64,000 nucleotides of DNA from Tricharina praecox (taxonomy: Eukaryota): positions 124,001 through 188,000 of the forward strand of contig NW_026250434.1 of assembly GCF_024521635.1 (NCBI RefSeq), written 5' to 3'. Below the pieces are notes generated by a model. It searched no databases. It was not told where the DNA came from and saw only the letters and a program-made list of their open reading frames with translations. The translations under genes and the position numbers were made by a program. Below, in pieces: positions 1-12,575 of the stretch. Each line of letters starts with the position of its first letter. The first letter of the stretch is position 1.

Positions 1-5
1 AACAG

Positions 6-876
6 ATACTTCCAGGCTTCCAACTCGTCGTCTTCGGCTGGTACGACAGGTGGCGCCGCATCGAGCAAAGCAGAGCTCAACAAGCTCTTTGACCAATTCC
101 GAGGTTCATTTCCCCCGCTCCACGGTTTCGGCACACAGGATAATCTGACCCGCCACGCCGCTGCTACCACCGATAGAAGCCGGAGATGCCCCAGATACCT
201 TTGGAGTTAATGGTTCCATAAAATTTCTGGAGGCAATCGGTGTAGGGTTGGACGAAGACACGGTGCTGGTCATCTCCGAGTTCCTCAAAGCGCCCATTAT
301 GGCCGAGTTCTCACGGGAGGGCTTTGTGACCGGCTGGCAATCACTGAAGCAAGCCCATCTTCAGTCTTTCTGTTTTCCGGGAGTCGCTAATGCCCTCGCA
401 GCTGCAAAACCCTCGACCAGATGCGAGCGCGTGTACCGGCACTGCGACAATTACTCGGCACGGACGAAGAAGTCTTCAAGCGCGTCTACATGCACACCTT
501 TGCGCTCGCACGAACGCAAGGCCAAAAATCGCTGCTCCTCGAGACGGCGATTGAGTACTGGAAACTACTGCTCAACAAACGGTTCGAGGCGCAGCTGCCG
601 GTGTGGATTGAGTTCCTACAGAAAGAGTACCGGAAGTCGGTCTCTAAGGATACATGGAACTGCATGTATGACTTCATACAGCTGGCGCAGAAGGATCCTG
701 GGTTGAAGACTTATGATGTTGATGGTTTGTTGTTTTGTCTGTACCCGGGAAGCGGAGGGAGTAACGCTGACGGTGCTGTTGCAGGCGCCTGGCCCTCGAT
801 TCTTGACGATTTCGTAAGGTACTGGAGAAAGAGGCACCCTCAGGCCGAGCCGACGGATGGAGATGCGATGGAGTAA
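6..876 (+). CDS. DCN1: DCN1-like cullin neddylation E3 cofactor (PONY domain), 5'-truncated by the window; introns 104-176, 349-401 (GC-AG), 725-784
   Basis: The spliced translation gives ...GEFSREGFVTGW-like segment, FKRVYMHTFALAR, KSVSKDTWN and YDVDGAWPSILDDFV, all typical DCN1 PONY-domain motifs. Splice sites restore the frame. Confidence 0.92.
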
Positions 877-1422
877 TGCGTGGTGTCAGTTTTATGAGTC
901 GGGGGTGTCTCCCAGATCAAGTGTAAGAGTACACCTTATGGGGCGGGGATGCTTATGAGCTATAAGCTACCACCCAGTCACGGATTTCCTTCCCATTCGC
1001 TTTGCATTGCCTTTGTTGAGTTGCTGTAGGTAGGTCTTGAGGGATATGCCTGCAAGCTAAATAGAGGTGCTTCATTTCTTTCTTATTTCCTGCATTCTGC
1101 ATGCACTTATGTTGCTGGTTTCATTGGCAGAGGGAGCGGAGGAGGAATAGGAGGGTAATAGATTATCATACTTGCCAATCTCACGATTATCAGAGGCTTC
1201 GTGTATGGACGCCCTTTGAGCCAAAGGAGCTCGGGGATCGTCCAGTGGACGGCATGCGCTCGGTAGTGCTTCACAGGGTCTCACTCGCCGGTGATCTCTT
1301 AGCTTATCTCATCAGCCACGTTCAAATCTGTCCATGAATCCACGTAGCACGCACCGCGTCAACTTACCCGCCGCCGAGCTCGCACCACCGTCGACAACCA
1401 ACACCACACACATATACACTCA

Positions 1423-4400
1423 ATGTCGACCGCCTCCTCGCCGCCACCGGGGCTCACACCCGTCTACACCAGTTACATCGCCGCCCGCCTCGCGACGCAC
1501 CAGGGCACCGCCGCGCCCAATTCCTTCCTGGCACGGAACCTTGTACAGATTGCGCGCGCGCAGCCAGGGCCGAAATCGTTCCTCATCGCGTGCAAGGCGT
1601 TCGGGCGCTACGAGGATGACTTCCTGACGGAGTTGTTTGATGACGTCAAGACGCGCGAGAGGTGGGATGAGGACCACGGAAGGAAGAGTGATCTCGGCGC
1701 TGGATTGGCGCTAGGCGGTGGTGAGAGGCCCGGGGAAGATGCGGGAGAATTGAAGGGTGGGTTGAATGTGGCGAGGAAAGATGCGGGGGAGAAACAGCTG
1801 GAGGGTGAGGGCGAGAAGAGGAGTAAGCTCGGCCTTGATCGGTTGGCCAAGAGGATTAAGCTCGATCTGGCGGTTGCGGGGGATGACGGTGAGGAGGAAG
1901 GGAGTGCGACTGATGCCGCGAAATCCATCGCTACCGGGAATGAGAAGGTCGAGTTCAAGAAGCCGGCATTACCCATTGGCCGCCATATCCGCGAACGACG
2001 GGTCGAGACGCCATCGCACGGTGGGGGGTTGTCGCGTGCGGCTATGGAGAAGCTTCAGGCGCACCGGGTGCGACGGGGTGGGGCGGATAACTGGCGGGAT
2101 GATCAGGAGCGGGAGCGGGATGACCGTGGGGGGCGGCGGGGGGATGTCAGAAGCTCAGGTTCTCAAGATCTACGTCGGAGTGATCCCACACCTGTACGAC
2201 CGCCAGACACGAGGTTTGCGAACGCACGGCAAAGTACGGCGAGGAGCTCACGGATGGGCGCGGCGACGCCACGCATGCCTTCGTCGTTTGATCGCGATCC
2301 GGAGGATGGACCTATGGCGCCAGGAATGGATGATAATACTCTCGATAGGGATTGGTATGCGTCGGATGAGCTAGGGCACGCCTTCGGCGATGAGACGCAT
2401 AATCCCTTCGGAACGGATAACACCTATGCGGACCAACAGCGTGAGCAGGCGTTGCTGGAGAAGAAGCGCGGCAAGAGGATTTCTGCCAGGGCGCAGCAGA
2501 AAATGAAGGACGTGGATGCTTGGGAAACTAATCGGATGCTCACGTCGGGAGTTGCGCAGCGCATGGATTACAATGATGATTTTGACGACGAGGAAGAGGT
2601 GCGAGTGCATCTCATGGTGCATGATCTTAAGCCGCCGTTTCTGGATGGAAAGAGGATTTTCACGAAGCAATTGGAACCGGTGCCCGCTGTTAGGGATCCC
2701 CAGAGCGATATGGCCGTGTTCAGCAGGAAAGGCAGCGCACTTGTCCGGGAACGACGTCAACAAAGGGAACGACAGAAGCAGGCTCAGGAGGCGACAAATG
2801 CTACCGGAACTGCACTCGGAAATATCATGGGCCTGAAGGAAGAAGACACGGACAGTGCCAGCGCCTTAGCAGGGGACTCAGCTGCTGGCGATTCAAAGAG
2901 CGGAACTAAATTTGCGGAACACATGAAGGAGCACAAACCAAATGAGGGGGCCAGCGATTTCAGTCGCACGCGGACTCTGAAGCAACAGAGAGAGTATCTT
3001 CCAGCGTTTGCTGTGCGGGAAGAGTTGCTGAGGGTCATCCGGGACAACCAGGTGATCATCGTCATTGGAGAGACAGGTTCGGGGAAAACGACGCAGTTGA
3101 CGCAGTTCTTATACGAAGATGGATATGGCAAGATGGGCAGGATAGGGTGCACCCAGCCTCGAAGAGTTGCGGCTATGAGTGTAGCAAAGCGTGTCAGTGA
3201 AGAGATGGAGGTTAAGCTCGGTGGTATCGTGGGATATGCAATCCGTTTTGAAGATTGCACGAGTGACCAGACAGTAATCAAATGTGAGTCTCCTCTTCAT
3301 CCTCCCCTAATAGCAACTGCTGACATGCACCCGTAGATATGACTGATGGTGTTCTTCTCCGTGAATCCCTCGTCGACCCAAATTTAGACAAGTACTCTTG
3401 TATAATCATGGACGAAGCCCACGAACGTGCCCTGAACACCGACGTCCTCCTCGGCCTCTTGAAGAAGATCCTAGCCCGCCGCCGAGACCTCAAGCTCATC
3501 GTCACCTCGGCCACCATGAACGCCGAGCGCTTCTCCCGCTTCTACGGCGGTGCTCCCGAGTACACCATCCCCGGCAGAACGTTTCCTGTAGATGTCCTCT
3601 GGGCCAAATCACCGTGCGAAGACTACGTCGACTCTGCCGTAAAGCAAGTCCTCACCATCCACCTCGGCCAAGGGCCAGGCGATATTCTCGTCTTCATGAC
3701 GGGTCAGGAGGATATTGAGATTACGTGCGAAGTAATTGCCGAGCGCTTGAAGCAACTAAACAACCCACCAAAACTAAACATCCTCCCAATCTACTCGCAG
3801 ATGCCGGCGGACCTGCAGGCGAAGATCTTCGAAAAGGGAGAAGGCGGGGCTCGGAAAGTTATCGTAGCCACTAACATCGCGGAGACGAGTTTGACGGTCG
3901 ATGGTATTATGTTCGTGGTCGACGCGGGGTTCTCGAAGCTGAAGGTGTACAATCCTCGTATGGGAATGGATGCGCTACAGATCACGCCGATATCGCAGGC
4001 GAACTCTTCACAGCGTTCCGGAAGAGCCGGTCGTACCGGGCCCGGAAAGGCATATCGACTGTACACCGAGCAGGCTTTCCGGAACGAGATGTACATCCAG
4101 ACCATCCCCGAGATCCAGCGGACGAACCTCGCCAATACTGTTCTGCTGCTCAAGAGTTTGGGTGTCAAGGACCTGCTCGAATTCGACTTTATGGATCCTC
4201 CGCCGCAGGATACCATCACCACGTCGCTATTCGATCTATGGGCCCTGGGAGCACTTGACAATGTCGGCGAGCTCACCAAGCTCGGAAAAACAATGGCCAA
4301 CTTCCCAATGGAGCCGTCGCTTTCAAAACTCATCATCACTGCCGTCGACGACGGCTGCAGCGAGGAAATGCTCACCATCGTGTCGATGCTGTCGGTCCCT

Positions 4401-5216
4401 AGCGTCTACTACCGTCCGAAGGAGCGCCAAGAGGAGTCCGACGCCGCACGCGAAAAGTTCTTCGTTCCTGAATCCGACCACCTGACGCTGCTACATGTTT
4501 ACTCGCAGTGGAAAGTGAACGGCTACTCGGATCGATGGTGCGTACAACACTTCTTGCAACCGAAGGCGCTACGTCGGGCGAAGGAAATCAGACAGCAGCT
4601 TGCCGATATCATGAAGTTTCAGAAGATGGAGCTCAACTCGTGTGGGACTGACTGGGACGTCATCCGCCGGTGCATCTGCGCCGGCTACTACCACCAGGCG
4701 GCGAAGGTGAAGGGCATTGGCGAGTATATCAATCTCAGAACTAGTGTCACTATCCAGTTGCACCCCACGTCCAGTCTATACGGACTCGGGTACCTGCCCG
4801 ATTATGTCGGTAAGTCACATCGTGCCGTCCCCGCACCTTTCCCTCTAACTAACACTCACATAGTCTACCACGAACTCATCCTCACCAGTAAGGAATACAT
4901 GTCCACAGTCACGGCGGTAGATCCGCAGTGGCTCGCGCAACTAGGCGGAGTATTCTACTCAGTCAAGGAGAAGGGCTATTCTGCGCGCGATCGGCGGACC
5001 ACGGAGAACGAAATTAACAAGCGCATGGAGATCGAGGCGAAAATGGCGGAGGATAAGGCTCGCGCCGAGGAGGCAATCAGGAATGCTGACATCGCGGCGG
5101 CCGCAGCGGCTGTTGTGAGAAAGCCGACAAGTGTGGTGCAGAAAAGGATGGCTACTGGGAGTAGTGTCGTCAAGAGGCCGAATACGCCGAGTATTGCAAG
5201 AAGACGCGGGTTTTAG
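1423..5216 (+). CDS. PRP16: Pre-mRNA splicing DEAH-box helicase Prp16; introns 3284-3336 and 4810-4863
   Basis: Motifs [25 protein letters not shown] and QRSGRAGR, plus the Prp16-type N-terminal LDRDWY and [11 protein letters not shown] segments. Intron removal gives IKYMTDG and DYVVYHEL. Confidence 0.95.
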
Positions 5217-5586
5217 GTGTACATTGGCGGTTGCTTGGAAGGTGTTTTCATAGTATGATACGGCGCATGGTGTGCGATAGATAGGACGTTTTGCATTAGG
5301 TGTTTTTCAAAGATTGTCGGTCACCCAGAGAATTAATTGAGCCTTGTGAACTTTGAGGAAGTCATGTTTAAGCTTTTTTTTTGAAAGAAGTGTTTGTCCA
5401 AAAACAGCTTGGTAGGTGCGAACCTGACCTTAGTTGACAGGGGTAGCGGAATGACGTAGTGGAATCTGGGGAATGCGCGCTGGTGGTCTTCATGCTTCTT
5501 TAACACTAATCCCTACCTATGCCACCTTCCTTTGCCTCTTTCATTGTTTCCTAACCCCCGAGCAACAGCTTGCTCAATCAGCCACA

Positions 5587-7280
5587 ATGAGCAGTCCGCA
5601 CCGCCTCCCACCGCCATCCACCACGTCCTCCGAAGCCGGAGACCACAAGCCGTACACGCACGACGACTCATGCATCCAAGTGCGCTTCGACCCGCAGTTC
5701 CGGACGTCGCACCGGCGCAAAGAATCGCTGTCGGGCACACTCACTGCCAGCAGCGGCGGCAGCAGCGCGTTCCTTCACAAGATTCTCGGAAACTGGGATA
5801 GTCTCCGGGACGAGGAGGCGACCAGCGAGGCGGAGGATGAACATGAAGGCGTCCATGCGGGTTACTTGAAGAGTATGACCAGGAGCCAGCTGCATGATAT
5901 GGTACTGGGGCTGAGGGAAATGGGGAGGAAGTACGGTATGTGCCACTGCGTGAGAGAGTGGGAGAGGGGCGAGGGCTGGTGCTGACGCATGGTGGAATAG
6001 CCAATGTTCACCTCCACATGAGGGTTCGCGAAGTATTTATTCTTACCAAGCCGTGGGATACGAGCCTTGCGGTGCACACAAGACAATTGGCGAAGTGGCT
6101 GCTCGAGAACGGGTACAACGTGTATGTCCCCACGCTGCCCCCATCTGTGTGTGCGGCCTGACTCAGGCAAGCGCAGATATGTGGAAGATACTTTCCGTGA
6201 CAACGCACGTTTCGACGGCGAAGGGCTCGTGATGGAGGTGGTGGTGCAGGATGGTACGGAGCTGGGGAAGCTGGGATATTGGACGCAGGCAATGTGCACG
6301 GATAAGCCCGGCGGCTTCGATTTCGTGTTGACGGTGGGTTGTGGCGGTGATTGAATACTTGCCGGTGATGATTTGCTGATTAGTGGAATAGCTGGGAGGT
6401 GATGGGACAGTGCTGTATACCAGCTGGTTGTTCCAGAAGGTCGTTCCGCCGGTGCTCTCGTTCTCCTTGGGATCGCTGGGATTCCTGACGAAATTCGATT
6501 TTGCGGATCATCCAAAGACGCTATCGCGCATGTTTGGCACAGACGGAGTGACAGTAGGGCTGCGAGTACGCTTCGAGGGTGTGAACACACCCAGATCCGC
6601 TCCATCTCCCTCCATACTGACTCGACGCAGGAACTATAATGCGCGCCATTCCCCTCGGCGAAGGGGAGGAGAAAGAGAAAGAACGCAGTCTCCGTGTAGA
6701 GCTGCTGGAGCCTGATCACCACCCAGATACCCACCGTCCGGACTGCTCAGTGGTGGTTCTCAACGAGATCGTTGTCGACAGAGGTCCTAGTGCTACTATG
6801 ACTACCGCTGAGCTCTACGCAAACGACGAGTTCCTCACCTCTATCGCTGCCGACGGCCTCTGTGTCGCCACCCCAACCGGCTCGACGGCGTACTCCCTCG
6901 CCGCAGGTGGGAGCTTGTGCCACCCGGCGTTACCAGGAATGCTAGTAAGTACCCCACCGTCCCCCCCATCTCGCCACCACACTCACCCACCCTTTTAGAT
7001 CACGGTAATCTGCGCGCACTCCCTAACCTTCCGTCCTATCATCCTACCGGATAACATAGTCCTACGCATCGGTGTCCCCTACGACGCGCGCACCAGCTCG
7101 TGGGTAAGCTTTGATGGCCGACGGCGCACAGAGTTAAATCAGGGAGATTATATCACCATAGTCACCAGCCAGTATCCACTTCCGACGGTGCAGTACCGCA
7201 TGGATAATAAGGACTGGTTTGATTCGATCAAGCGGACGATGAATTGGGGAGATAGGATCTCTCAGAAGAGCATAAGTTAG
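5587..7280 (+). CDS. ATP-NAD(H) kinase (Utr1/Yef1-like), about 6 exons
   Basis: After splicing (introns approx. 5936-6000, 6122-6176, 6334-6391, 6579-6630, 6946-6998) the protein contains LGGDGTVLY, SLGSLGFLT, VLNEIVVDRGP and ADGLCVATPTGSTAYSLAAGGSL, which are NAD kinase signatures. Confidence 0.92.
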
Positions 7281-7608
7281 AACTGCTGGGATAGAGAGGA
7301 TAGGATGAAAAGTGTACTTGTAGTATAGTTTGTGGAAGTACATAACGATTTTTTGATGTGATATGCTGGACGCATGAATTGTATAATTTTGTCTGGATAC
7401 TTCCCAGTCTCTCGGGATGAACGGGTGATATGTGATGAGCATGTACCTACTGAGTTAGTCCATGGTGAAGTTTCCTACCGCACCGCCACAAGCGCCACCA
7501 CTCCAATTTTTCCCAAACTTCCCGAGTCTGCACGTCATCCACCCACTACTCCACCCCACTTCACCCCCAGCACCCGGACACCCACCGCATCACACCGTCT
7601 TAGCAACA

Positions 7609-8142
7609 ATGGTCAAACTCCACGAGGTCGAGGACGAGCACTTCGCCGAGGACCAGGTGGGCCCCAACAAGGACGACACCGACTACGCCGACACGGACAG
7701 CGAGATCACCAGTTCCGACGACGACTCGTCTGACGATGAGGACAACAACAACGACACGTTCGAGGAGACAATGTACGAGCGGCTCGTGGCGCTGAAGGAC
7801 ATGGTGCCGCCGAAGCACCGCGCGCGCATCTCGGCCGTCGCCAGCGGCACCTACAACCTCGTCTCGGCTGGCCTCCGCTTCGGCGGCAAGTCCCTGTGGA
7901 TCCTGAGCACCAGCGCCATCATGCTCGGTGTCCCTTACGCCCTCGCCGTCGGCGAGGAACAGCAGATGATGGAAATGGAGAAGGAGATGAAGGCTCAGCA
8001 GTTGGCTAGCAGTGTACGTGTTTGACCCGCTCCCCCGCCGGGCATCCGGATCGCTCGCTGACTGACTCGTGCGATATAGGGCCTGTCCTCTGGTAACCTG
8101 ATGGAGCAGATGGAGCAGCAGGGACAGCAGCAGAAGATCTAA
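7609..8142 (+). CDS. TOM22: Mitochondrial import receptor Tom22; intron 8014-8079
   Basis: MVKLHEVEDE start, acidic N-terminus, ETMYERLVALKDMVPP, and a single TM segment (GGKSLWILSTSAIMLGVPYALA). Confidence 0.93.
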
Positions 8143-8549
8143 GCTTGTGCGCTCGCTCTTTACCTGTCATCTTCAACTGTATATCAACCGACAAAACCTT
8201 CACTCTTGATCCTCATGGCTTCTTTGCCACTGTACATTTTCTTTGATCTTTTGCGTTTCTGGGGGGATTTCCTATAGTTTCGAATGGGGAGTGTGGTCTG
8301 GGCCAAAACATAGAAGTAAAGAAGGAGGATGGATGTGTGGTGGTGTTTGGCCAATCCATGTACTCTTCACTCACGGGGTTTCACGGTTGGGAAAAATGGG
8401 AATGCTTGACTGTCGCTAGTACAGAACTTTCAAAGGAGATGTGCCATGATACGAATGAACAATGAGATCCTCATGGTAGTAGTAAACAGACCCGCATTAA
8501 GTGCTTTCTTTTGTACACGATTCCAGCTGGACTTCCTCTCTCGCTACAA

Positions 8550-9868
8550 TCACCGCCTGGCACCGGCTCTCTTAGCTTTGCCCGGCCTTGAAGCCGTCTT
8601 CTTTTTTCCACCACTTGAGCCGCCGAACGAGCTCTTGTTCTTCTTTTGCGAGAAGTCACCAAGATCGCCGCTCGACGATGCATCGTTGCTCTTGCCGTGC
8701 TTCTTCTTTCCGCCGAATCCGTACTTGCTGTCCCGCTTTTGCCTCTTTGCGCGAGACTTGTCGTCGCTGCTTCGGTCGCCCTTCTTGCGCTTTTCGCGGC
8801 GCGGCTCATCCTTGGTCTGCTCGTCAAGCGCAATGTCGAACATGTCATCCTCCTTTGTGGTCTCGGCGTCGGTACCCGCTCTCTCTGTGATCGAACATGT
8901 CAGCGCTGGTCCACAGCATTTCGCTCGTCCTCTTTTTGTGGGGACTTACTCCGCTTGAGGATCTGGATCTTCTCCATGGATTTCTTCTTTTCCTTCTCGC
9001 GCTCCTGAAGCTTCGCCACCTGCACCTGCTTTCCGAACTTCTTGAGATCGCGGAGTTTCCGTGCCTCCTGGGATCTCTTTTTCCGCTCGGCCTCCTCCAG
9101 CAGCTTGCCCTTGACCTTGCCCATGTGCTCGTCGTCCTTCATCATCTCGGCGAAGTAATCGACGGGCCTCACGAACGGCACCTTCTCCTGCTTGAGGAGT
9201 AGGCGACCCAGCTTGGCAGCCTCGAGCGCCTGCTTGTAGAAGGCGAGCTCGCGGTGCAGATCATCGTCGATGTCGGGGATCTCGATCAGTTCCGGCGCCG
9301 TCAGAGATTGGTGCTCGACAAAGGGCACGCCGGCGATCGGAACGGCGATCCGGTTGCGCAGGCTGGTCAATGCCGCGTGGTTGTCGATCGTGAGCTTTTG
9401 GTGCGGGATCACGTCCTCGAGGTCGCCTTCGTCTTCGATGTCGGAGAGGGCTACGTCGTCTTCGTCCTCCTCCTCGTCCTCCTCCTCGTCCTCGTCCTCT
9501 TCTTCCTCCTCCTCGTCGTCTTCCTCTTCGTCCTCATCCTCCTCTTCCTCAACCGGCGCCTTCTTGGAGGGCATAGTTCTGCTCTTTTGCACAACAGTCT
9601 TTCCCTTCAACGCCGCCGGGTCGGCAACAGTAACATCGACGGCGTCAGGCGCATCGTCGCTGTTCTCATCCTCCCAGTCATTATTACCCGCCGCGGCCTC
9701 CTGCTTTCTCTTGGTCTTGTTTCCGGCCTTGCGAGCGTCCCGCAGTTTCTTGTCTTGGATGGGATCCTTTCCGAGTTGGCGGATGAGGGCGGTTTTCTGC
9801 AACAAATTAGTCAAGCCAATTACGGGTCGAGGAAGAGGGAGTCAGCGTACCAGTTTGCTCTTTCCCAT
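8550..9868 (-). CDS. EBP2: rRNA processing protein Ebp2; introns 9797-9850 and 8885-8949
   Basis: DIDDDLHRELAFYKQAL, RPVDYFAEMMKDDEHM, KKFGKQVQVAKLQER, KYGFGGKK and a C-terminal SRPGKAKR. Confidence 0.95.
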
Positions 9869-10110
9869 GGCTGCTGTGTTTGTGGTTGTTATTCGGAGAG
9901 GAGAGGCGCGGGTGTATGTATGTCAATGTAGGATTTGCACCCAAAGTCGCAGCGTGAGTTAAGTTGAGACAACTTTTTTGCGAAGACGCCAACCCGGATG
10001 CGGCGCGCGAACTCTTGGCGTCGTGCTCCCCGCCAACACTAGAAATTTCCCACGGTACACACACCACATCACGAAGCCCCCATCGCCGCCCGCCTGCCAG
10101 CCAGCCCGTC

Positions 10111-10857
10111 ATGTCCGCCCCCACCACTCTCCGGCGGTGCCTCTTCCACCTCCCGCGTCTCCAACCCTTAGCCGCAAGGCGCTGGGCGTCCTCCGACCCC
10201 CCGGCCCCCTCCGCGCCGCCCGCCGCCGCCGCTGCCGCACCCGCCAAACCCGCCAACCCCGTTGACAGCGCGATGAGCAGCCTGGCCAGCTTCCTAGACA
10301 GCAACAACGCCAATCGGACGTCCTCCGCGCGGGCTGGCACCTCGGGTCCTGGCGCCAGCAGCGCCAGCATCAGCAGCGACAGCAGCAATCCCTCCCCCTC
10401 ATCCTCGCCGGCGCCGTTCCGCGCAGCGCCATTCTCGCTATCGGGACTGGACCTGCAGGGGCTGTCACAGCCACCCAGCCTGGGCATGGAGGAGGAGTAC
10501 CACCTGAATATCTACTCGCACAAGCACAACACGCACATTACGTTTTCGAAGCCGGGCAAGGACTCGATCGTCTCGCTGTCTGCTGGCAACGTCGGGTTCC
10601 GGAAAAGTCACCGCGGGACATATGATGCTGCCTATCAGCTCGCCGCCCACGTCTTCAAGCTTATCGAGGCGAAGAATGTTAAGCCAAGGAGTGTCGAGGT
10701 TGTACTCAGGGGATTTGGACAGGGACGGGAGGCGGTCGTTAAGGCACTCCTCGGACAGGAGGGGAGGTTTCTGAGGCCCGTCGTTAAGAGGGTTAGTGAT
10801 GGCACTAGACTCAAGTTTGGTGGAACAAGGAGTAAGAAGATGAGGAGATTGGGTTGA
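10111..10857 (+). CDS. MRPS18: Mitochondrial small-subunit ribosomal protein uS11m
   Basis: Presequence-like N-terminus followed by S11 motifs HNTHIT, SLSAGNVGFRKS, LRGFGQGREA and DGTRLKFGGTRS. Confidence 0.9.
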   Translation: MSAPTTLRRCLFHLPRLQPLAARRWASSDPPAPSAPPAAAAAAPAKPANPVDSAMSSLASFLDSNNANRTSSARAGTSGPGASSASISSDSSNPSPSSSPAPFRAAPFSLSGLDLQGLSQPPSLGMEEEYHLNIYSHKHNTHITFSKPGKDSIVSLSAGNVGFRKSHRGTYDAAYQLAAHVFKLIEAKNVKPRSVEVVLRGFGQGREAVVKALLGQEGRFLRPVVKRVSDGTRLKFGGTRSKKMRRLG

Positions 10858-11693
10858 TCGATGAGATCGATGCACTGGAGACAGGGGGCGCGGGCCGAGA
10901 ACTACTGTATTATAGGAGTGGATATCTTGCGGTCAAGATCTTTCTCGCTTGGAGATGGGATAGAGCTTTCTTGCTTCACGGAATATCACTACTTGTATAT
11001 TTGCACCTGCACCTTTTTGAGATTCCCGGCCGGCTCTTGCTCGGGTGCCACTTGCCGCCAGTCCGACTGCTCAAGTCTGAGTCGAAGTCCAAGTCCGAGT
11101 CCGAGTCGGAGTCAGAGCTTCATCAATACCCTCCAGTCGTAATGAAGCACCAAGTAGTTCACTTTGCATGATCATAAACTCTCGGCTCACGTCCAGATCC
11201 CAACTCGACCACGAGCGACCCGAGTGATACCTAGTGAGCGGCCATAAAGCTTTGGAATCGTCGAACACTTATGTAGGAGGTATATAGTACTCCAGCCGCA
11301 TGCTCGCTTTTCTCTTTACAGCGCGTTTCTGCCCATGCTCCATAATCTACATAACTGCACCATGTCCGGGGAATCGATCACGATCCGAGAGCACGAAGCG
11401 GCGGCAACGAGTGATAAGAATACCTGATACCTACCCACTGAGGGGATGGGGCACCAGAACGTAATGTACTTACCTTGATAATCGGGACCGTCGGCGCAAA
11501 TTGTTCAAGATCCGGTCACTGTCAGAACTCAGCAGCACGGAGAGGATCAAGAGCCGTGGGGACGAAAACGAAGGGCCGACAAACACGGGAAATCCTGGAG
11601 AAAGAAGAAGCACGACCGAAACCCCAACCCAACCCAACCCAACCGAGGGTGCGGACTCGGTGTTGATACCTAACCAAGAAAATAAGTCGGACG

Positions 11694-12575
11694 CAGTGCC
11701 TCCGATAGTCCAGTCTCGTCCGTCTTTCGGCCAAAGTCGGACTGGACTGAGAGGTTCTGAGAGGTTCAGTCCGGCTGGAGGCGTGGATTGGACTGGACTG
11801 GACTGGGCAGTCTGCGCAACTGGTTGGGCTAGATGGACTGCAGTCGACTGGATGGACTGGTACATACTTTGAATGGAAAATGTTTGAAATCAGTAATGAA
11901 CTTTTCGCACACGTCTATATCATAGTACAGCTATTGCAATCGCAAATCCTCCTCGCACAATGTATTGAGCATGCTTCATATTCTCCATCTCCTTGATATC
12001 GCCCTTTGTAGCAGCTACATACGAAACCATCTCGTTGCCAGCTTTTGAGACATTCCAGTGCCTCCAGTGCCTCCAGTGCGCCGTTACCCGTTCTACAGCG
12101 GTGAGAGAGAGATTTTAACCCCATCCCACTAAGAACTCGTTCCGGCTCTACGCTCATTGGCGGGAATGCTCAAATACCTACCTACTCGAGGGCTATTCTG
12201 GCAAGATCTTTCCAGCCTGGTTCATATGATTTATTCGCCCAGTACTGTACCACACTGTCGATAAAATCGTAGGGAGGCGGGTCCTGCTGGAAAACCTCCA
12301 TAATATCTGTATTCAGACGGCGGTGGGGTAAGAGATAGAGAGCTGGCATGGAACGAAAAGAGAACACGTGATAGGTAGGTTGAAAGAGTTCTGTCCGCTA
12401 GCCACATAGTCCGACCCAAACATTTCAGAAAGTAGCAGTCTATCAGTCGACTGCAGTCCGAGGCAGCAAAATTTTGGGACGGATTGAACTCATACCGTCC
12501 TCCAGTCTTATGGACTGGACTGATGCAGTCCGTCTAGTCCAGACCGCCGTCCGGACTGGTCTATCGGGAGCACTG
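11694..12575 (-). mobile_element. Internally deleted hAT DNA transposon (copy A, about 880 bp) retaining a decayed C-terminal dimerization domain
   Basis: Termini CAGTGCCTCCGATAGTCCAGTC and GACTGGTCTATCGGGAGCACTG are inverted repeats (19/22). Subterminal GGACTG/CAGTCC motifs. The internal minus strand reads YWANKSYEPGWKDLARIALE..YLSIPA/MSVEPERVLSG...EALECLKSW, matching the hAT dimerization domain, with frameshifts. Confidence 0.85.
12000..12330 (-). pseudogene. hAT transposase C-terminal dimerization-domain remnant
   Basis: The YW...W..LA..A..YLSIP.MS...ER..S...ECL.SW pattern is broken by an inserted TAGGTAGG and a +1 frameshift near 12158. Confidence 0.8.

Noticed and set aside
9254..9962. 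Antisense ORFs with poly-Ser or hydrophobic runs (also similar shadows over PRP16, FZO1 and others)
   Set aside because: Shadow frames of genuine genes on the opposite strand or frame.
11120..11268. Possible 3' LTR of the copia element (ends TCGAACA)
   Set aside because: No visible similarity to the 13693-13894 LTR beyond the terminal bases.
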